The notes under the pieces were generated by a model. That model searched no databases, was not told the origin of the DNA, and saw only the letters and a list, made by a program, of their open reading frames with translations. This document shows, piece by piece, positions 1 to 10,856 of a stretch of DNA of 64,000 bases. Position 1 is the stretch's first letter. The number at the start of each line of letters is the position of its first letter. The translations under genes were made by a program, and so were the position numbers. The stretch spans positions 3,763,815 to 3,827,814 of the forward strand of contig OY761611.1 of assembly GCA_963664875.1 (NCBI GenBank). Direction: 5' to 3'. The DNA is from Candidatus Kapaibacterium sp. Its GTDB lineage: Bacteria > Bacteroidota > Ignavibacteria > Kapaibacteriales > UBA2268.

Positions 1-3000
1 ATATCACAGACCTTGCCGGATTGGATATTGATTTACTGTGGATAGATGTGCAGGGAGCAGAGCTCAATGTGCTAAAAGGAGCTAAAGAGTTATTAAAACG
101 AACATCTGCTCTATTTATGGAAGTATGGATGACAAAAACTCTTTATCAAGGGCAGTGCTTAGCTCATGAGCTAAGAGATTTTGTCAAAGATTACAATTTT
201 GAATTATACGGTATCGGGCTTGATAATAAATTGGCAAACGGTACTGGTAATTCTATTTGGGTGAAAAGTGCAGTAAAACCGGAAAGTGTTGTTTCCACGT
301 CAAGAGAGATAGTAATAGAGTCTGAGAAATCTTCACTTGTACCGGTGAAAGAGATAATGCACAAATTCAATCCACATCTTTTTGAGAAAGACTTCTTGCC
401 GACAAATATTTCTGTACCTGTAAAAAAAGCAAGTCCAACTCAACTGCTAAATTTCAGAAGATTTGATTTGGCTGCAAAACTCATATATGCAGATTATCGA
501 GAAAAAAATATAAACTCTGATTTTGGCCAGCAGGTATATTCTAATCATATACAGGTTATCAATAATTTTCAGGAATTAGATGCTTCCGGCAAAACCGGAA
601 TAATGTCTTTTCTGCATGATTTCAATAATCTGCTGGACAGCATAAAAGAAAACGGATATAGTGAAGATTCACTTATTCCTGTTGATAGAGAAGGCACACC
701 AGTAGATGGATCTCACAGGGTTGCTGCTTGTATCTATCATGATGTTGACATTCCTATGGCGAAGTTTCCTATTATCAGCTATAATTACAGTTACTTCAAT
801 TTCCTTCAGGCAAAATTCCCTTTAGTCTATGCAGATGCTTGTGCTTATGAGTATGCAAAAAGAAAAGAAAATACTTATATCGCTACAGTGTTTCCTTCAG
901 CAGAAGGCAAAAATGATGAATTGATAGCTACTCTAAGTAAATATGGAAAAATAGTTTACCAAAAGCACATATTTTTACAAAAATACGGCCCATTGCATCT
1001 AATCAGACAAATATACAGACATGAAGCTTGGCTGGGAGATTGGAGTAATAACTTTCAGGGAGCTCAACACAAAGCAAAAATGTGCTTCCAAAAATCAGGA
1101 GCAGTTAGAACATTTTTGATTGAGTCAGATTCGCCTGAGAGTATGAAACAGTGCAAAGAAGATATAAGAACACTTTATGGTATCAGTAATGATTCGATTC
1201 ATATCAATGATACTCATCAAGAAACTATACTGCTTGCTCAGATATTGTTCAACGAAAATTCTGTGCATTTCCTAAATAATGCAGATTTGAAGTTCTTCCC
1301 GAATTTTTACAAGCTTTTGGATTTATACGAGCAAAGATTTAAAAAAGGTGACTTGAATCCTGATCATTTTGCATTGGACGGCAGCACAATCTTAGCTGTT
1401 TACGGGATAAGAGAAGCTCGAGATTTGGATTATCTTCATTTTGAAAATGAAGGTATAAATTTTGGAGCACCCGGCTATATTGATAGCCACAATTTTGAAG
1501 CAAAAGTACATCAATCTTCGATAGATGATATAGTGTGCAATCCTCAAAATCATTTTTACTATAACGGAATTAAGTTCGCTTCGCTTGATGTGCTGAAAGA
1601 AATGAAAACTGCAAGGGGAGAAGCTAAGGATTTGAACGATGTAAATCTGATAAATCAATTAGTTACCACTCCTATTCAGCCTATGAATAAGTATAATCCT
1701 CAAAATATAATTGATACTACGAAGAAAACAAAAATTGTCGGATTGATGCCGGCAAGGAACGAGGAAAATATTATAGCCAATGCTCTTAAAGCATTATCCA
1801 AAGTTACAGATGCTATAGTCTATTTAGATGACTATTCGACAGATAATACTTTGGAAGTTGTTAATTCGCTAAGGCAGGAATGCAATATCGAATCCATTTT
1901 AACCAAAGACAGTTGGTATAGGGATGAACCGGGTGACAGAAACAGGCTATTAGAAGAAGGCAGAAGAATTGGCGGAACGCATTTTATAGTTCTTGATGCT
2001 GATGAAATCATAACTTCAAACGCATTAGAAAAAGATATGCTACGTATCGGCATAATGAAAATGAAACCGGGCGATGTGCTGATGCTCAATTGGATTCAAC
2101 TTTGGAGAAGCACTCAGCAATATAGATTAGATTCTTCCCAATGGTCGCATCATTATAAAGATTTTGCTTTCTGCGATGACGGGAAATGTAGCTATGAGTC
2201 TGAATTTATACATACTCGAAGAACTCCCGGCAATCTTGACGGTAAAGTATTCCGAATTAGCGGTTACGAAACAGGAGTAATGCACTTTCAGTTTGTCAAT
2301 TGGAGAAATCTTCTTATCAAACAAGCTTGGTATAGGATTCTGGAAAAACTTAGAACTCCTGAAAAATCAGAGCAGGCAATAAACGAAAGATACGCTCCAA
2401 GCAAAAACGAAACAGGTATCAATCTTGAAGATGCTCCACAATCATGGTTTGAAAATTATGATTTCCTTGATATGTCTGTTTATGACAAACCGGAGCTATG
2501 GAGAGAAACGCAGGTAATAGAATGGTTTAATCAATATGGCACAGAACCTTTTGCTAATCTTGACATTTGGGATATAGACTGGGGTAAGGCAATTGGCATT
2601 AGTCCGGAACTTTATCGTAAACCTGAGGCAGAAACTGACCGGGTTATCGAAGAGATAGAGCGACAAATAGCAAGAGGCGATTATGACACTGCCTATAGTA
2701 TGCTCGATGTATATACAGTGCAATATCCCGAATCACATACTCTTTCTCTGATGTTTGCTGAAGTATGTATAGAAAGGAACGAAACAGAAGAAGCCAGAAA
2801 AGCTCTCAACAAAGTACTGAAACATCAGCCTGCAAATTTGCGAGCTCTTAATGCCTTTGCTGTATTGGAGTGGAGCGATGCCAACCCCGAAGAAGCTTTG
2901 AAATATCTGTTGCAGGCAATTAAAATAAATCCGAACGACGAAGTAGTTGTGCTAAATATAAGCGATATATTTCTTGCCGTCGGAAGAAAAGATGACGCAA

Positions 3001-5732
3001 TTGAAATACTAAGCACATTTGTTAAACGCAATCCTGACAATCACAAGGCAAAACAAGCACTTGTAGAAATTGAAGCTATAGTCGAAGACAGCTCAAAGGA
3101 AAGCAATTTGACATATAAAGTGTCCGCACTTGTTAGCGTATATTCTTCGATGAAGTACATTGAAGCCTGTATGGAAGATTTGACTCGTCAGACTTTATTC
3201 AGGAAAGGAGAACTTGAAATTGTAATAATAGACAGCAATTCTCCTGAAAACGAAGTTGAGATTATAAATAGATACATTTCCAAATATCCTGAACAAATTG
3301 TATATCAAAGAACCCAGCAAAGAGAAACAATATACCAAAGCTGGAACCGAGCCATTGATTTAGCAAGGGGTGAATATCTTACAAATGCAAATACAGACGA
3401 TGCACATAGGGTAGATGCTTTGGAATTGATGGCAAAAGCACTTGACGCAAATCCAAATCTAGGTATGGTCTATGCCGATACTTTCATAACAAATATAGAA
3501 AATGAAAAGTTTGAAGAAACGCAATCTGTCAAACGCTATGACTGGCCTGATTATAATCTTGCTACTATTTTATCAAATTTTGCTTTTGGTCCACAGCCAA
3601 TGTGGCGAAAATCAGTCCATAATACTGTCGGCTATTTTGACGACAAACTAAAAATTGCTGCGGACTACGAATTTTTCATAAGAGTTTGCAGACAGTTTGG
3701 AGCAACTCATCTCAGAGAGACGCTTGGGCTATTTTTGCAGAGAGACGATAGTGTAAGTGGTTCATCTAATCGAGAAACTACTATCAATGAAACTATGCAG
3801 GTGCTGAACCATCACAGAAAAGATGTAAAGCTTAAAGAGTTATATCCTCGTTTAGCTAATGAAGCAACACCAAAAAATATAGCTCATGCTTTATTTGATT
3901 TTGCAAACCTGCATTTAGTTAGTCCTTATCCAAATTATCAGAGAGCTTTGGAGCTTTACGAAGATGCTATGAAAACTGCTAATTTGGCACCTGTAGATTT
4001 GGCTGAAATACAAGATAAGTTTTTTAATAATGCGGCGATAATACTTGCTGCTTCGGGTCACCAGGAAAACGCAGAAGAATTTTTTGCAAAAAGTAAACAG
4101 GATTTAAGCCGATATAACGAGAAGCTTCTTGCAGAGTTGAAAAAGTCCGGGCAAAGAGCATTTCCGATATTATTTAAGATAAGCAGCATAGACAATGATG
4201 TTATAGCCGATGCACGCAGAGCAAACGCCTGCTGCTGTGATGATTATATGGAAATAGTTGTACTTAATGATCAAACTCATGACTTCGCTGATGTATATAC
4301 AGGGAATAATGGAGTAGAGGTAACTGTTGATGAAATAATGCGAGCTAAGAAATCTTTGCCGCGTTATTCAGTCAGTTTGCAAGACAAAAATGAATCACAA
4401 GATTTGACAGAGTCAAAACCTGTCTTTCCAAGCATAGAAGACTTATCAAGAATTAAGACAAAGAAAAAAATCTTATTTACCATGTTTGGCTGGAATGAGT
4501 CAGGTGGCGGCACCTATATGCCGAGAACAATGGCAAAATATCTTGTGTCGCAGGGATTTGAAGTTGCTGTGTTTTATGCAGGTTTGACTCACGGGACGGA
4601 AAGTAAACCTTACTTTTTTGAAAGATCAGAGGATTGTGGAGTTAAGTTATACGGAGTCTTCAATCGCCCGAGACCTTTCATAATAGATAACGATCCAAAT
4701 CTTGAAATACACGATCCACATATAGCAAGGCTATTCGAAAAGGTATTGGAAGAGTTTAAACCGGATATAGTTCATTTCCACAATTTTTTGGGATTGTCAT
4801 TTTCTCTTGCTGAGATTGTTTACAATAAAAATATACCATCGGTCTATACTCCTCACAATTATCACTTGATAGACCCTGCATTATATATGATAAGAGAAGA
4901 TTTGAAGATATGGGAGGATACCGAATATTTTAATAATTTATTAAATCCTTCAGAAAAATCAGAACTTAGAGACGCATACAGACAGAGATTTATATATGCC
5001 AGTTCGGTTGTAAATAAATTTACTGACTATACCCTTGCAATCTCAAACCGTGTAAAAGAGATATTAATTGATTTCGGATGTTTGCCTAATAAAATTTCAG
5101 TGGTGCATCAGATACCGGAATCTGTTGATAAATTGAAAAAGCAACATAAACACTACGAGAACAATCATAAAGTGCTCAAGTTTGCATTCTTTGGAAGTGT
5201 GATTCCTCACAAAGGTGTTCATAAAATACTGAATGCCTCCCATGTGCTGAAACCGGGTATGGCAGAGTTTTATATCTTTGGAGAGGGGAACAATCGCTAC
5301 ATAGAGGAATTAAAAAAAGCAGATACTAATAACTCTCTGAAATGGATGGGAAGCTACAGACAGGAAGACTTAAGTGAAATTGCAGACGAAATGGATGCAG
5401 CTATTATCCCAAGCATTTGGGAAGAGGGTGCAGGACTTGTCTTATTGGAAGCACAGGCTTTAGGCTTGCCTGTAATAGCTTCAAGAATAGGAGGAATTCC
5501 GGATTTTGTGAAACATAAAGAAAACGGATTCCTTTATCCGTATAATTCTGAAATGAATTTGGCTTCGATTTTGACAGAAATAATCAGCAAACCAAATATG
5601 CTCGAAAAACTTAGTCAAAATACAATATCAGATATATCATTCGAAGATTTTATGAAGCACATTGTCAATATTTATAAACTATTACAGCAAAAAGACCGGC
5701 CAAAAGCAAAAGAGCTTGACTTTTTGATATAG
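1..5732 (+). CDS. Giant multi-domain glycosyltransferase (5'-truncated): FkbM-type methyltransferase tail, ParB/NDK/nucleotidyltransferase-like module, GT2, TPR, GT2, GT4
   Basis: Frame is open from the window edge (ATC ACA GAC CTT GCC GGA TTG...). Motifs: IDLLWIDVQGAEL (FkbM), IVGLMPARNEE...LDDYSTD and VLDADE (GT2), TPR helices, VSALVSVY...NANTDD (GT2), PDIVHFHN...PSIWEEGAGLVLLEAQALGLPVIASRIGGIPD (GT4). Confidence 0.85.
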   Translation, partial: ITDLAGLDIDLLWIDVQGAELNVLKGAKELLKRTSALFMEVWMTKTLYQGQCLAHELRDFVKDYNFELYGIGLDNKLANGTGNSIWVKSAVKPESVVSTSREIVIESEKSSLVPVKEIMHKFNPHLFEKDFLPTNISVPVKKASPTQLLNFRRFDLAAKLIYADYREKNINSDFGQQVYSNHIQVINNFQELDASGKTGIMSFLHDFNNLLDSIKENGYSEDSLIPVDREGTPVDGSHRVAACIYHDVDIPMAKFPIISYNYSYFNFLQAKFPLVYADACAYEYAKRKENTYIATVFPSAEGKNDELIATLSKYGKIVYQKHIFLQKYGPLHLIRQIYRHEAWLGDWSNNFQGAQHKAKMCFQKSGAVRTFLIESDSPESMKQCKEDIRTLYGISNDSIHINDTHQETILLAQILFNENSVHFLNNADLKFFPNFYKLLDLYEQRFKKGDLNPDHFALDGSTILAVYGIREARDLDYLHFENEGINFGAPGYIDSHNFEAKVHQSSIDDIVCNPQNHFYYNGIKFASLDVLKEMKTARGEAKDLNDVNLINQLVTTPIQPMNKYNPQNIIDTTKKTKIVGLMPARNEENIIANALKALSKVTDAIVYLDDYSTDNTLEVVNSLRQECNIESILTKDSWYRDEPGDRNRLLEEGRRIGGTHFIVLDADEIITSNALEKDMLRIGIMKMKPGDVLMLNWIQLWRSTQQYRLDSSQWSHHYKDFAFCDDGKCSYESEFIHTRRTPGNLDGKVFRISGYETGVMHFQFVNWRNLLIKQAWYRILEKLRTPEKSEQAINERYAPSKNETGINLEDAPQSWFENYDFLDMSVYDKPELWRETQVIEWFNQYGTEPFANLDIWDIDWGKAIGISPELYRKPEAETDRVIEEIERQIARGDYDTAYSMLDVYTVQYPESHTLSLMFAEVCIERNETEEARKALNKVLKHQPANLRALNAFAVLEWSDANPEEALKYLLQAIKINPNDEVVVLNISDIFLAVGRKDDAIEILSTFVKRNPDNHKAKQALVEIEAIVEDSSKESNLTYKVSALVSVYSSMKYIEACMEDLTRQTLFRKGELEIVIIDSNSPENEVEIINRYISKYPEQIVYQRTQQRETIYQSWNRAIDLARGEYLTNANTDDAHRVDALELMAKALDANPNLGMVYADTFITNIENEKFEETQSVKRYDWPDYNLATILSNFAFGPQPMWRKSVHNTVGYFDDKLKIAADYEFFIRVCRQFGATHLRETLGLFLQRDDSVSGSSNRETTINETMQVLNHHRKDVKLKELYPRLANEATPKNIAHALFDFANLHLVSPYPNYQRALELYEDAMKTANLAPVDLAEIQDKFFNNAAIILAASGHQENAEEFFAKSKQDLSRYNEKLLAELKKSGQRAFPILFKISSIDNDVIADARRANACCCDDYMEIVVLNDQTHDFADVYTGNNGVEVTVDEIMRAKKSLPRYSVSLQDKNESQDLTESKPVFPSIEDLSRIKTKKKILFTMFGWNESGGGTYMPRTMAKYLVSQGFEVAVFYAGLTHGTESKPYFFERSEDCGVKLYGVFNRPRPFIIDNDPNLEIHDPHIARLFEKVLEEFKPDIVHFHNFLGLSFSLAEIVYNKNIPSVYTPHNYHLIDPALYMIREDLKIWEDTEYFNNLLNPSEKSELRDAYRQRFIYASSVVNKFTDYTLAISNRVKEILIDFGCLPNKISVVHQIPESVDKLKKQHKHYENNHKVLKFAFFGSVIPHKGVHKILNASHVLKPGMAEFYIFGEGNNRYIEELKKADTNNSLKWMGSYRQEDLSEIADEMDAAIIPSIWEEGAGLVLLEAQALGLPVIASRIGGIPDFVKHKENGFLYPYNSEMNLASILTEIISKPNMLEKLSQNTISDISFEDFMKHIVNIYKLLQQKDRPKAKELDFLI

Positions 5733-5988
5733 AATTTGTAAAATGCAATAAGAAGAGGGTAAGGTTTGTAGATTGCTCTCTTTTTTTGTATATTTTTCAA
5801 CAATGTGAATTTTCATACTCACTATTTGGCTATTTTTCTGTATATTATAAAGATTTTAGCTTTAAAATTGAAAGCCTATTGAAATTATTTTGATAAACTG
5901 TGTAACAAAATACGCACTTGTTGGTCAATTAGATATAAAGGCAAATAAAAAAACATATATATTATTTATTTATTTTTCGGAGGAAATT

Positions 5989-8900
5989 ATGAGGAAAAAT
6001 CTACTTATTACCCTCGTTCTATGCCTTAGCTTCTTGATGGCAATACCCAATGAAGGGTTTGCTAATGTCAAAGAACTAAAACAAAAAATACGCGAACAAA
6101 GAGCTCGCGACTTCAAATTAGGTCAAGGTCAGATGGGCCGTAAGTTCATTGTGGCTATTCCGCCTAATGAATCAGCAGGCTATGGTTGGTCTGATTCCGC
6201 TATCGAGGTTTACATTGCAAGTGCTAATGATGTACTACTTGATATGGACATCATGGGTACAAAAAAGAAAAAAGCTCTCAAAGGTGGAGATGTTTTTACG
6301 ATAAATGATGCAGAAGGACTTTCATATACTGCAGCAGAATGTAGAGAGCCAAATACTGCCACTACAAAAACAATCACAATAGAAGCAACAGGTCCTGTTT
6401 CTGTTTATGTGATGAACTCAAAAAATACAACTTCAGATGGCTATATGGCACTGCCGGTAGATTCTTGGCAGACAGAATATATGCACTGCTCTTACTATGA
6501 TAATTATGAAAGTGCAACAAACACTTTTGCTAACGGTTTCCTTATTATTGGCTCAGAAGACAATACAAAGGTAAATGTTAGGTTAAGAGGTGTTGGCGAT
6601 AAAAACATTGCAACTTTGATGAAAGATGAAACAAAATCAATAGGAAGTGTTTTCAACGTTAAGGTCAATGCCGGGGAAGTTTATCAGATACAATCTGATG
6701 GTCTGACAAGAGGTCAGTTTGATCTTACCGGAACTTATATCAAAGCAGACAAACCAATTGGTATTGTATCATATCACTGGCGTACGGTTATTCCTATTCT
6801 TGAAAACAGCTCTCGTGACCACTTGTGTGCTCAACCTATGCCTGTAGATACATGGGGGCAGTATTATGCATCAGTTGCTTTAGCAAGAGGTGGTTCCACA
6901 AAAGGTGACTTGTTTAGAATTTTAGCACTTGAAGATAACACTTCTTACACCATGTCTTGGTATGACTTTAATACTAAAGAATCCTTAGGTGCGAGGAGTG
7001 GTGTTCTACAAAATGGTGGTGAATTTATTGAAATTTCTGATGTGATGAATGCAGATCCAACAGCTAAATCAGTTACAGGTACTTCAGTATTCCAAGCTGA
7101 CAAACCAATATTCATTATGCAATATTCTTACTCTTCAGCATGGGATGGTGCTCAGTACGATCCTTTTATGTGGCCTGTAACTTCAGTTGAACAATATATT
7201 TACGGTACTATCTTCCAAGCACCTCCTAATAAAACATTTGGTGAAAACCACTTAAATATAGTAGCGTGGGATGATCCTAACGATCCGGAAAAGAAAGGTT
7301 TGCAATCAATTCTTTTTGATGGAACAAAAGTTGTTGATAAGATGCCTTCTTTCTTGTCTAACAGAATCCCTGGTACTGATTTGTATTGGGCAAGATTCAA
7401 AATTGCTCCGGGTGTTCATAGCATGAGCACAGATGGTGTTGCGAAATTTGGTGGGTATATCTATGGATTCAAATCAGTTGACTCTTATGGATGGCCTGCA
7501 GCTATGGCACTTAAAAAATTGTCTGAAACTGATACAGTTCCACCAGCAGTAAGCATTCAGGGTGAATGCGGCGAATGGACAGTTCACGTGACTGAATTAA
7601 CAATAGATCCTAATGTCAACGCAGATCCACGTCAGGTTGATACTGAAGTATGGGACGAGCCTGCAACTATCATAATGGACTCAACTATTAAGGGTTACAA
7701 ATATATTTCTTATAATATTAGTGAACCTCAGTATGTAAACAAAAACGGTCAACCACAGGATTGGAAATACGAACCGCATGATGACTATCTCTTTAAATTA
7801 TCTGTTTTAGATAAATTCCAAGATGCAAAATGCTATTTCTATGTTGCAGATCAGGAAGGTAATATAACAATTGACTCTGTAGAATATTTTGCAGACTCTT
7901 TGAAAATCGTGAAGCCAGAATCTATAGTATTTGGCAGATGCCAAATTTTTCAAGATCACTTCATTGATGTTACTTTCCAAAACGCAGGAAGAGGACCTTT
8001 GCAGGTAAATACTAAAGAATTGGTTGATGGTGAGTTCTTTGAAATAGTAGAAGATTGGGGTGATTACGATGTAACAGAACTTGCTGTTGGCGAAGAAATG
8101 GAATTGAGATTGAAATACCACCCAACAGAAGAAGTCGAAGATCCCGAAGATTTCGATTTAGATTCAATATCATTCAAAGCTGAATGTTTGGACTTCAAAT
8201 GGCCAATTGAAGGTCAGGGTGTAACTCCAAAAATTAAAGTAACTGAGTGGAAATCATCAAAGCCGGCATTCCCAGGCAATGAAATTGAAAAAACAGTTGC
8301 AAGTGGCTTCGATGGAGATGGCCTAAATGGTATAATTATCTCAAATCCGGGCTCTGACACTTTGATAGTTACTAAAGCTATGTTTGAAACTGTAATTCCT
8401 GAATTTAGATTCACTCCACGTGATAAAAACAATACTCCTGTAACATTCCCAATTGAAATTCAACCAAGAATGTTTAGTAAGGGAGAAGAGTGGAAAGTAC
8501 AAATAATGGGTGAATATTTCACACCTTCAGCGATAGGTCGCTATCAGGATAATTTGGTATTCTCAAATAATGCATTTGATCCGATTGCTGAAAGCGATTC
8601 AATTTCTGAATGGGATCTTGTTTCTTCTCAAGGTACTGTAACTCTATCTGAATGCATATTTGGTATGCAGCATGTTGGCACTAAAAAAGTTATTAATGAA
8701 AAAGGTGCCCCTGCAACAGTAACTGTTGAGAATACAGGTAACGAAGTTGTTGTCGTAACAGAATTAGCATTTATTGATGCTGTTCCTTCTAACGACAATT
8801 TCATGTTCGTAGATGGTACCGGCAATTTAGTAGCTAAATACAATATTGATCCAAGTGATGATTATAAAGGTATAGAATTAGCCGAAGGCGAAACATATAC

Positions 8901-10677
8901 ATTTAATGTTGTATTTGTTCCATTTGAAGAAAGAGAAAATATACAAGCAAGAATTTTTGCTAAATACTATACTAAAACAGATTTAGACAAAAAGTTCCAA
9001 GAAGATGCTACCAATATGCTTACCGGTCACGGAACAATGCCGAATGTGAAAGTAACAGAAGCAACATTTACTAAAACTGCACCGGGTAAAGCCTTAGCAG
9101 ATGCTGAAGTAAAACAAATTGAGATTATAAACTCTGACGAACACGAAGTTTTAGAAGTTAGATCAATATCTATCAACCCAGCGTATGCAAATGATTTTAT
9201 TCCTGTAGCAATTGACGGTGTTCCGTATGCTAATGTAACATTCCCAATAACAGTACCGACAGAAGGTAAAGTTACTGTTGACTATGCATTTGCACCACCG
9301 TTAATGACACCAAACGTAGGTTTGGATCAGGTAGATCCTACAAACGGCTTCATCAAAGAAACAGACATTACAGTAAACTCTAACCATGTGCCCGGCTCAG
9401 GCGTACCAGGCTATCAAATGGTTTACGAAGACTTTGTACAAAATTCAGTAAACCCTGAAGATGAAGGCTTCCTAAGAGGTTATGTAGTTGATGGTGATGC
9501 GACAGTAGAAGGCATTGCTTACGGTATGACAATGAGATGTAATAATCTTACAGCAAATGTAAAACTCAATAACTTATCTCAATCTCAAAATCTTATCGTT
9601 GACGAAATAGTTATTACAGAAGATGACAACAACGTATTCGTAGTAACAGATGCAGTAAAAGCTGTTCTTTACGGTTCAACAATCACCATGGGTGGAAATT
9701 CAATCTGCGAAGTGCTTTTTGATCCTACAGCAGTAGATAAATCAATTTATGAAGCAGCACCTGGTATGACATTGAATTTTAGTGCAAAAGTAGCAATGAA
9801 ATATCACTTTGTCGGTAGCACAGAAAAAGAAACAATGACAGCCGATTTGACAGCATCAGCAAGATTGCTTAATGTAGATATTTCACAAAAAATTGAAACA
9901 CGAGTAGGTACAGAGCTAAAAGCAATTCCGATACAGCCGGGTATGTTCTCATACAACACAGGCGGCAATGTACCACACTATACAAACTACTTCTTCATTG
10001 AAATAGCAAACAAAGACGAATGGAGTGATTTGGAAATCAAATCATTGAGTATCACATACAAATACAAAAAAGAATGGATGGGCTTAATCAAAGTAGATAA
10101 ACCATTTGCTTTGAATGCAACTCCGGGCTTTGAAGTAGTGAAATCAAACACAGAAGAAGACGGCGAATATTTCTTAGATACTTACACAATCAGCACAAGC
10201 GGAGCAGGATACTTAAACTATGCAGACGCAAGAGCAGCAATGCTTAACCCGCTATTCTTGCTGTATTTGAGTGGAGATACTAAGTATATGCCTGAAATCA
10301 CAAATGTAACATTTGCGACAAGAGATGAATGTATCACATACACATCTTCAACACAAGAAATTCCGTTAGTAAATTGTATTCAGGATATCAACCTAATCAG
10401 TTCAACAGGCGGAGCAAACCTTGCACCAAGCTTGGCACCAAATCCGGTGGTAGGCGAAACAGCAAGCATTAAATACGGCGTAGCACTTAACGCACCTGCA
10501 TCATTGAAAATCTACAATGAAAAAGGTGAAGTAGTGAAAGTAGTATTTGATTCTTACCAGCAAGCAGGTTCTTACGAAGTAAATGTATCAACAAAAGATT
10601 TGCCAAGTGGTGCATACATCATCAGATTGGAACAAAATACATTTGTTGGCGAAGGAAGTATGGTAATTACAAAATAA
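5989..10677 (+). CDS. Secreted surface protein with IgGFc-binding-type N-terminal domain, Ig-like repeats and T9SS type A C-terminal sorting domain
   Basis: GGAGG at 5979-5983 favours ATG 5989 over TTG 5890. Signal peptide MRKNLLITLVLCLSFLMA; TSDGYMALPVDSW, DLTGTYIKADKPIGIVS and FGGYIYGF..DSYGWPA resemble IgGFc-binding proteins; C-terminal APNPV...IYNEKGEVV...LPSGAYIIRL...VITK. Confidence 0.75.
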   Translation: MRKNLLITLVLCLSFLMAIPNEGFANVKELKQKIREQRARDFKLGQGQMGRKFIVAIPPNESAGYGWSDSAIEVYIASANDVLLDMDIMGTKKKKALKGGDVFTINDAEGLSYTAAECREPNTATTKTITIEATGPVSVYVMNSKNTTSDGYMALPVDSWQTEYMHCSYYDNYESATNTFANGFLIIGSEDNTKVNVRLRGVGDKNIATLMKDETKSIGSVFNVKVNAGEVYQIQSDGLTRGQFDLTGTYIKADKPIGIVSYHWRTVIPILENSSRDHLCAQPMPVDTWGQYYASVALARGGSTKGDLFRILALEDNTSYTMSWYDFNTKESLGARSGVLQNGGEFIEISDVMNADPTAKSVTGTSVFQADKPIFIMQYSYSSAWDGAQYDPFMWPVTSVEQYIYGTIFQAPPNKTFGENHLNIVAWDDPNDPEKKGLQSILFDGTKVVDKMPSFLSNRIPGTDLYWARFKIAPGVHSMSTDGVAKFGGYIYGFKSVDSYGWPAAMALKKLSETDTVPPAVSIQGECGEWTVHVTELTIDPNVNADPRQVDTEVWDEPATIIMDSTIKGYKYISYNISEPQYVNKNGQPQDWKYEPHDDYLFKLSVLDKFQDAKCYFYVADQEGNITIDSVEYFADSLKIVKPESIVFGRCQIFQDHFIDVTFQNAGRGPLQVNTKELVDGEFFEIVEDWGDYDVTELAVGEEMELRLKYHPTEEVEDPEDFDLDSISFKAECLDFKWPIEGQGVTPKIKVTEWKSSKPAFPGNEIEKTVASGFDGDGLNGIIISNPGSDTLIVTKAMFETVIPEFRFTPRDKNNTPVTFPIEIQPRMFSKGEEWKVQIMGEYFTPSAIGRYQDNLVFSNNAFDPIAESDSISEWDLVSSQGTVTLSECIFGMQHVGTKKVINEKGAPATVTVENTGNEVVVVTELAFIDAVPSNDNFMFVDGTGNLVAKYNIDPSDDYKGIELAEGETYTFNVVFVPFEERENIQARIFAKYYTKTDLDKKFQEDATNMLTGHGTMPNVKVTEATFTKTAPGKALADAEVKQIEIINSDEHEVLEVRSISINPAYANDFIPVAIDGVPYANVTFPITVPTEGKVTVDYAFAPPLMTPNVGLDQVDPTNGFIKETDITVNSNHVPGSGVPGYQMVYEDFVQNSVNPEDEGFLRGYVVDGDATVEGIAYGMTMRCNNLTANVKLNNLSQSQNLIVDEIVITEDDNNVFVVTDAVKAVLYGSTITMGGNSICEVLFDPTAVDKSIYEAAPGMTLNFSAKVAMKYHFVGSTEKETMTADLTASARLLNVDISQKIETRVGTELKAIPIQPGMFSYNTGGNVPHYTNYFFIEIANKDEWSDLEIKSLSITYKYKKEWMGLIKVDKPFALNATPGFEVVKSNTEEDGEYFLDTYTISTSGAGYLNYADARAAMLNPLFLLYLSGDTKYMPEITNVTFATRDECITYTSSTQEIPLVNCIQDINLISSTGGANLAPSLAPNPVVGETASIKYGVALNAPASLKIYNEKGEVVKVVFDSYQQAGSYEVNVSTKDLPSGAYIIRLEQNTFVGEGSMVITK

Positions 10678-10712
10678 TCTTACTAAGAAAGATTATAGCT
10701 AATATATTTGTT

Positions 10713-10746
10713 AGGCTGCCTCATTATTGGGGCAGCTTTTTTTTTT
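10713..10746 (+). terminator. Rho-independent terminator
   Basis: GGCTGCCTCA-TTAT-TGGGGCAGCT hairpin followed by a T run just after the stop at 10677. Confidence 0.75.
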
Positions 10747-10856
10747 ATTTTAGGGGTAGGGGATTAGGCTCTGAATTATAATATAGAGAAGTAGTGATTC
10801 GCGATTATGTGGTTTATATTCTAAACTCTTTTAGCCAAATTAATGATCTTTTTTAT

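Noticed and set aside
5890-5988. Extended ORF-track starts at 5890, 14661, 24208 and 26016
   Set aside because: Downstream ATGs (5989, 14583, 24244, 26094) place signal peptides at the N-terminus, and two have clear RBS.
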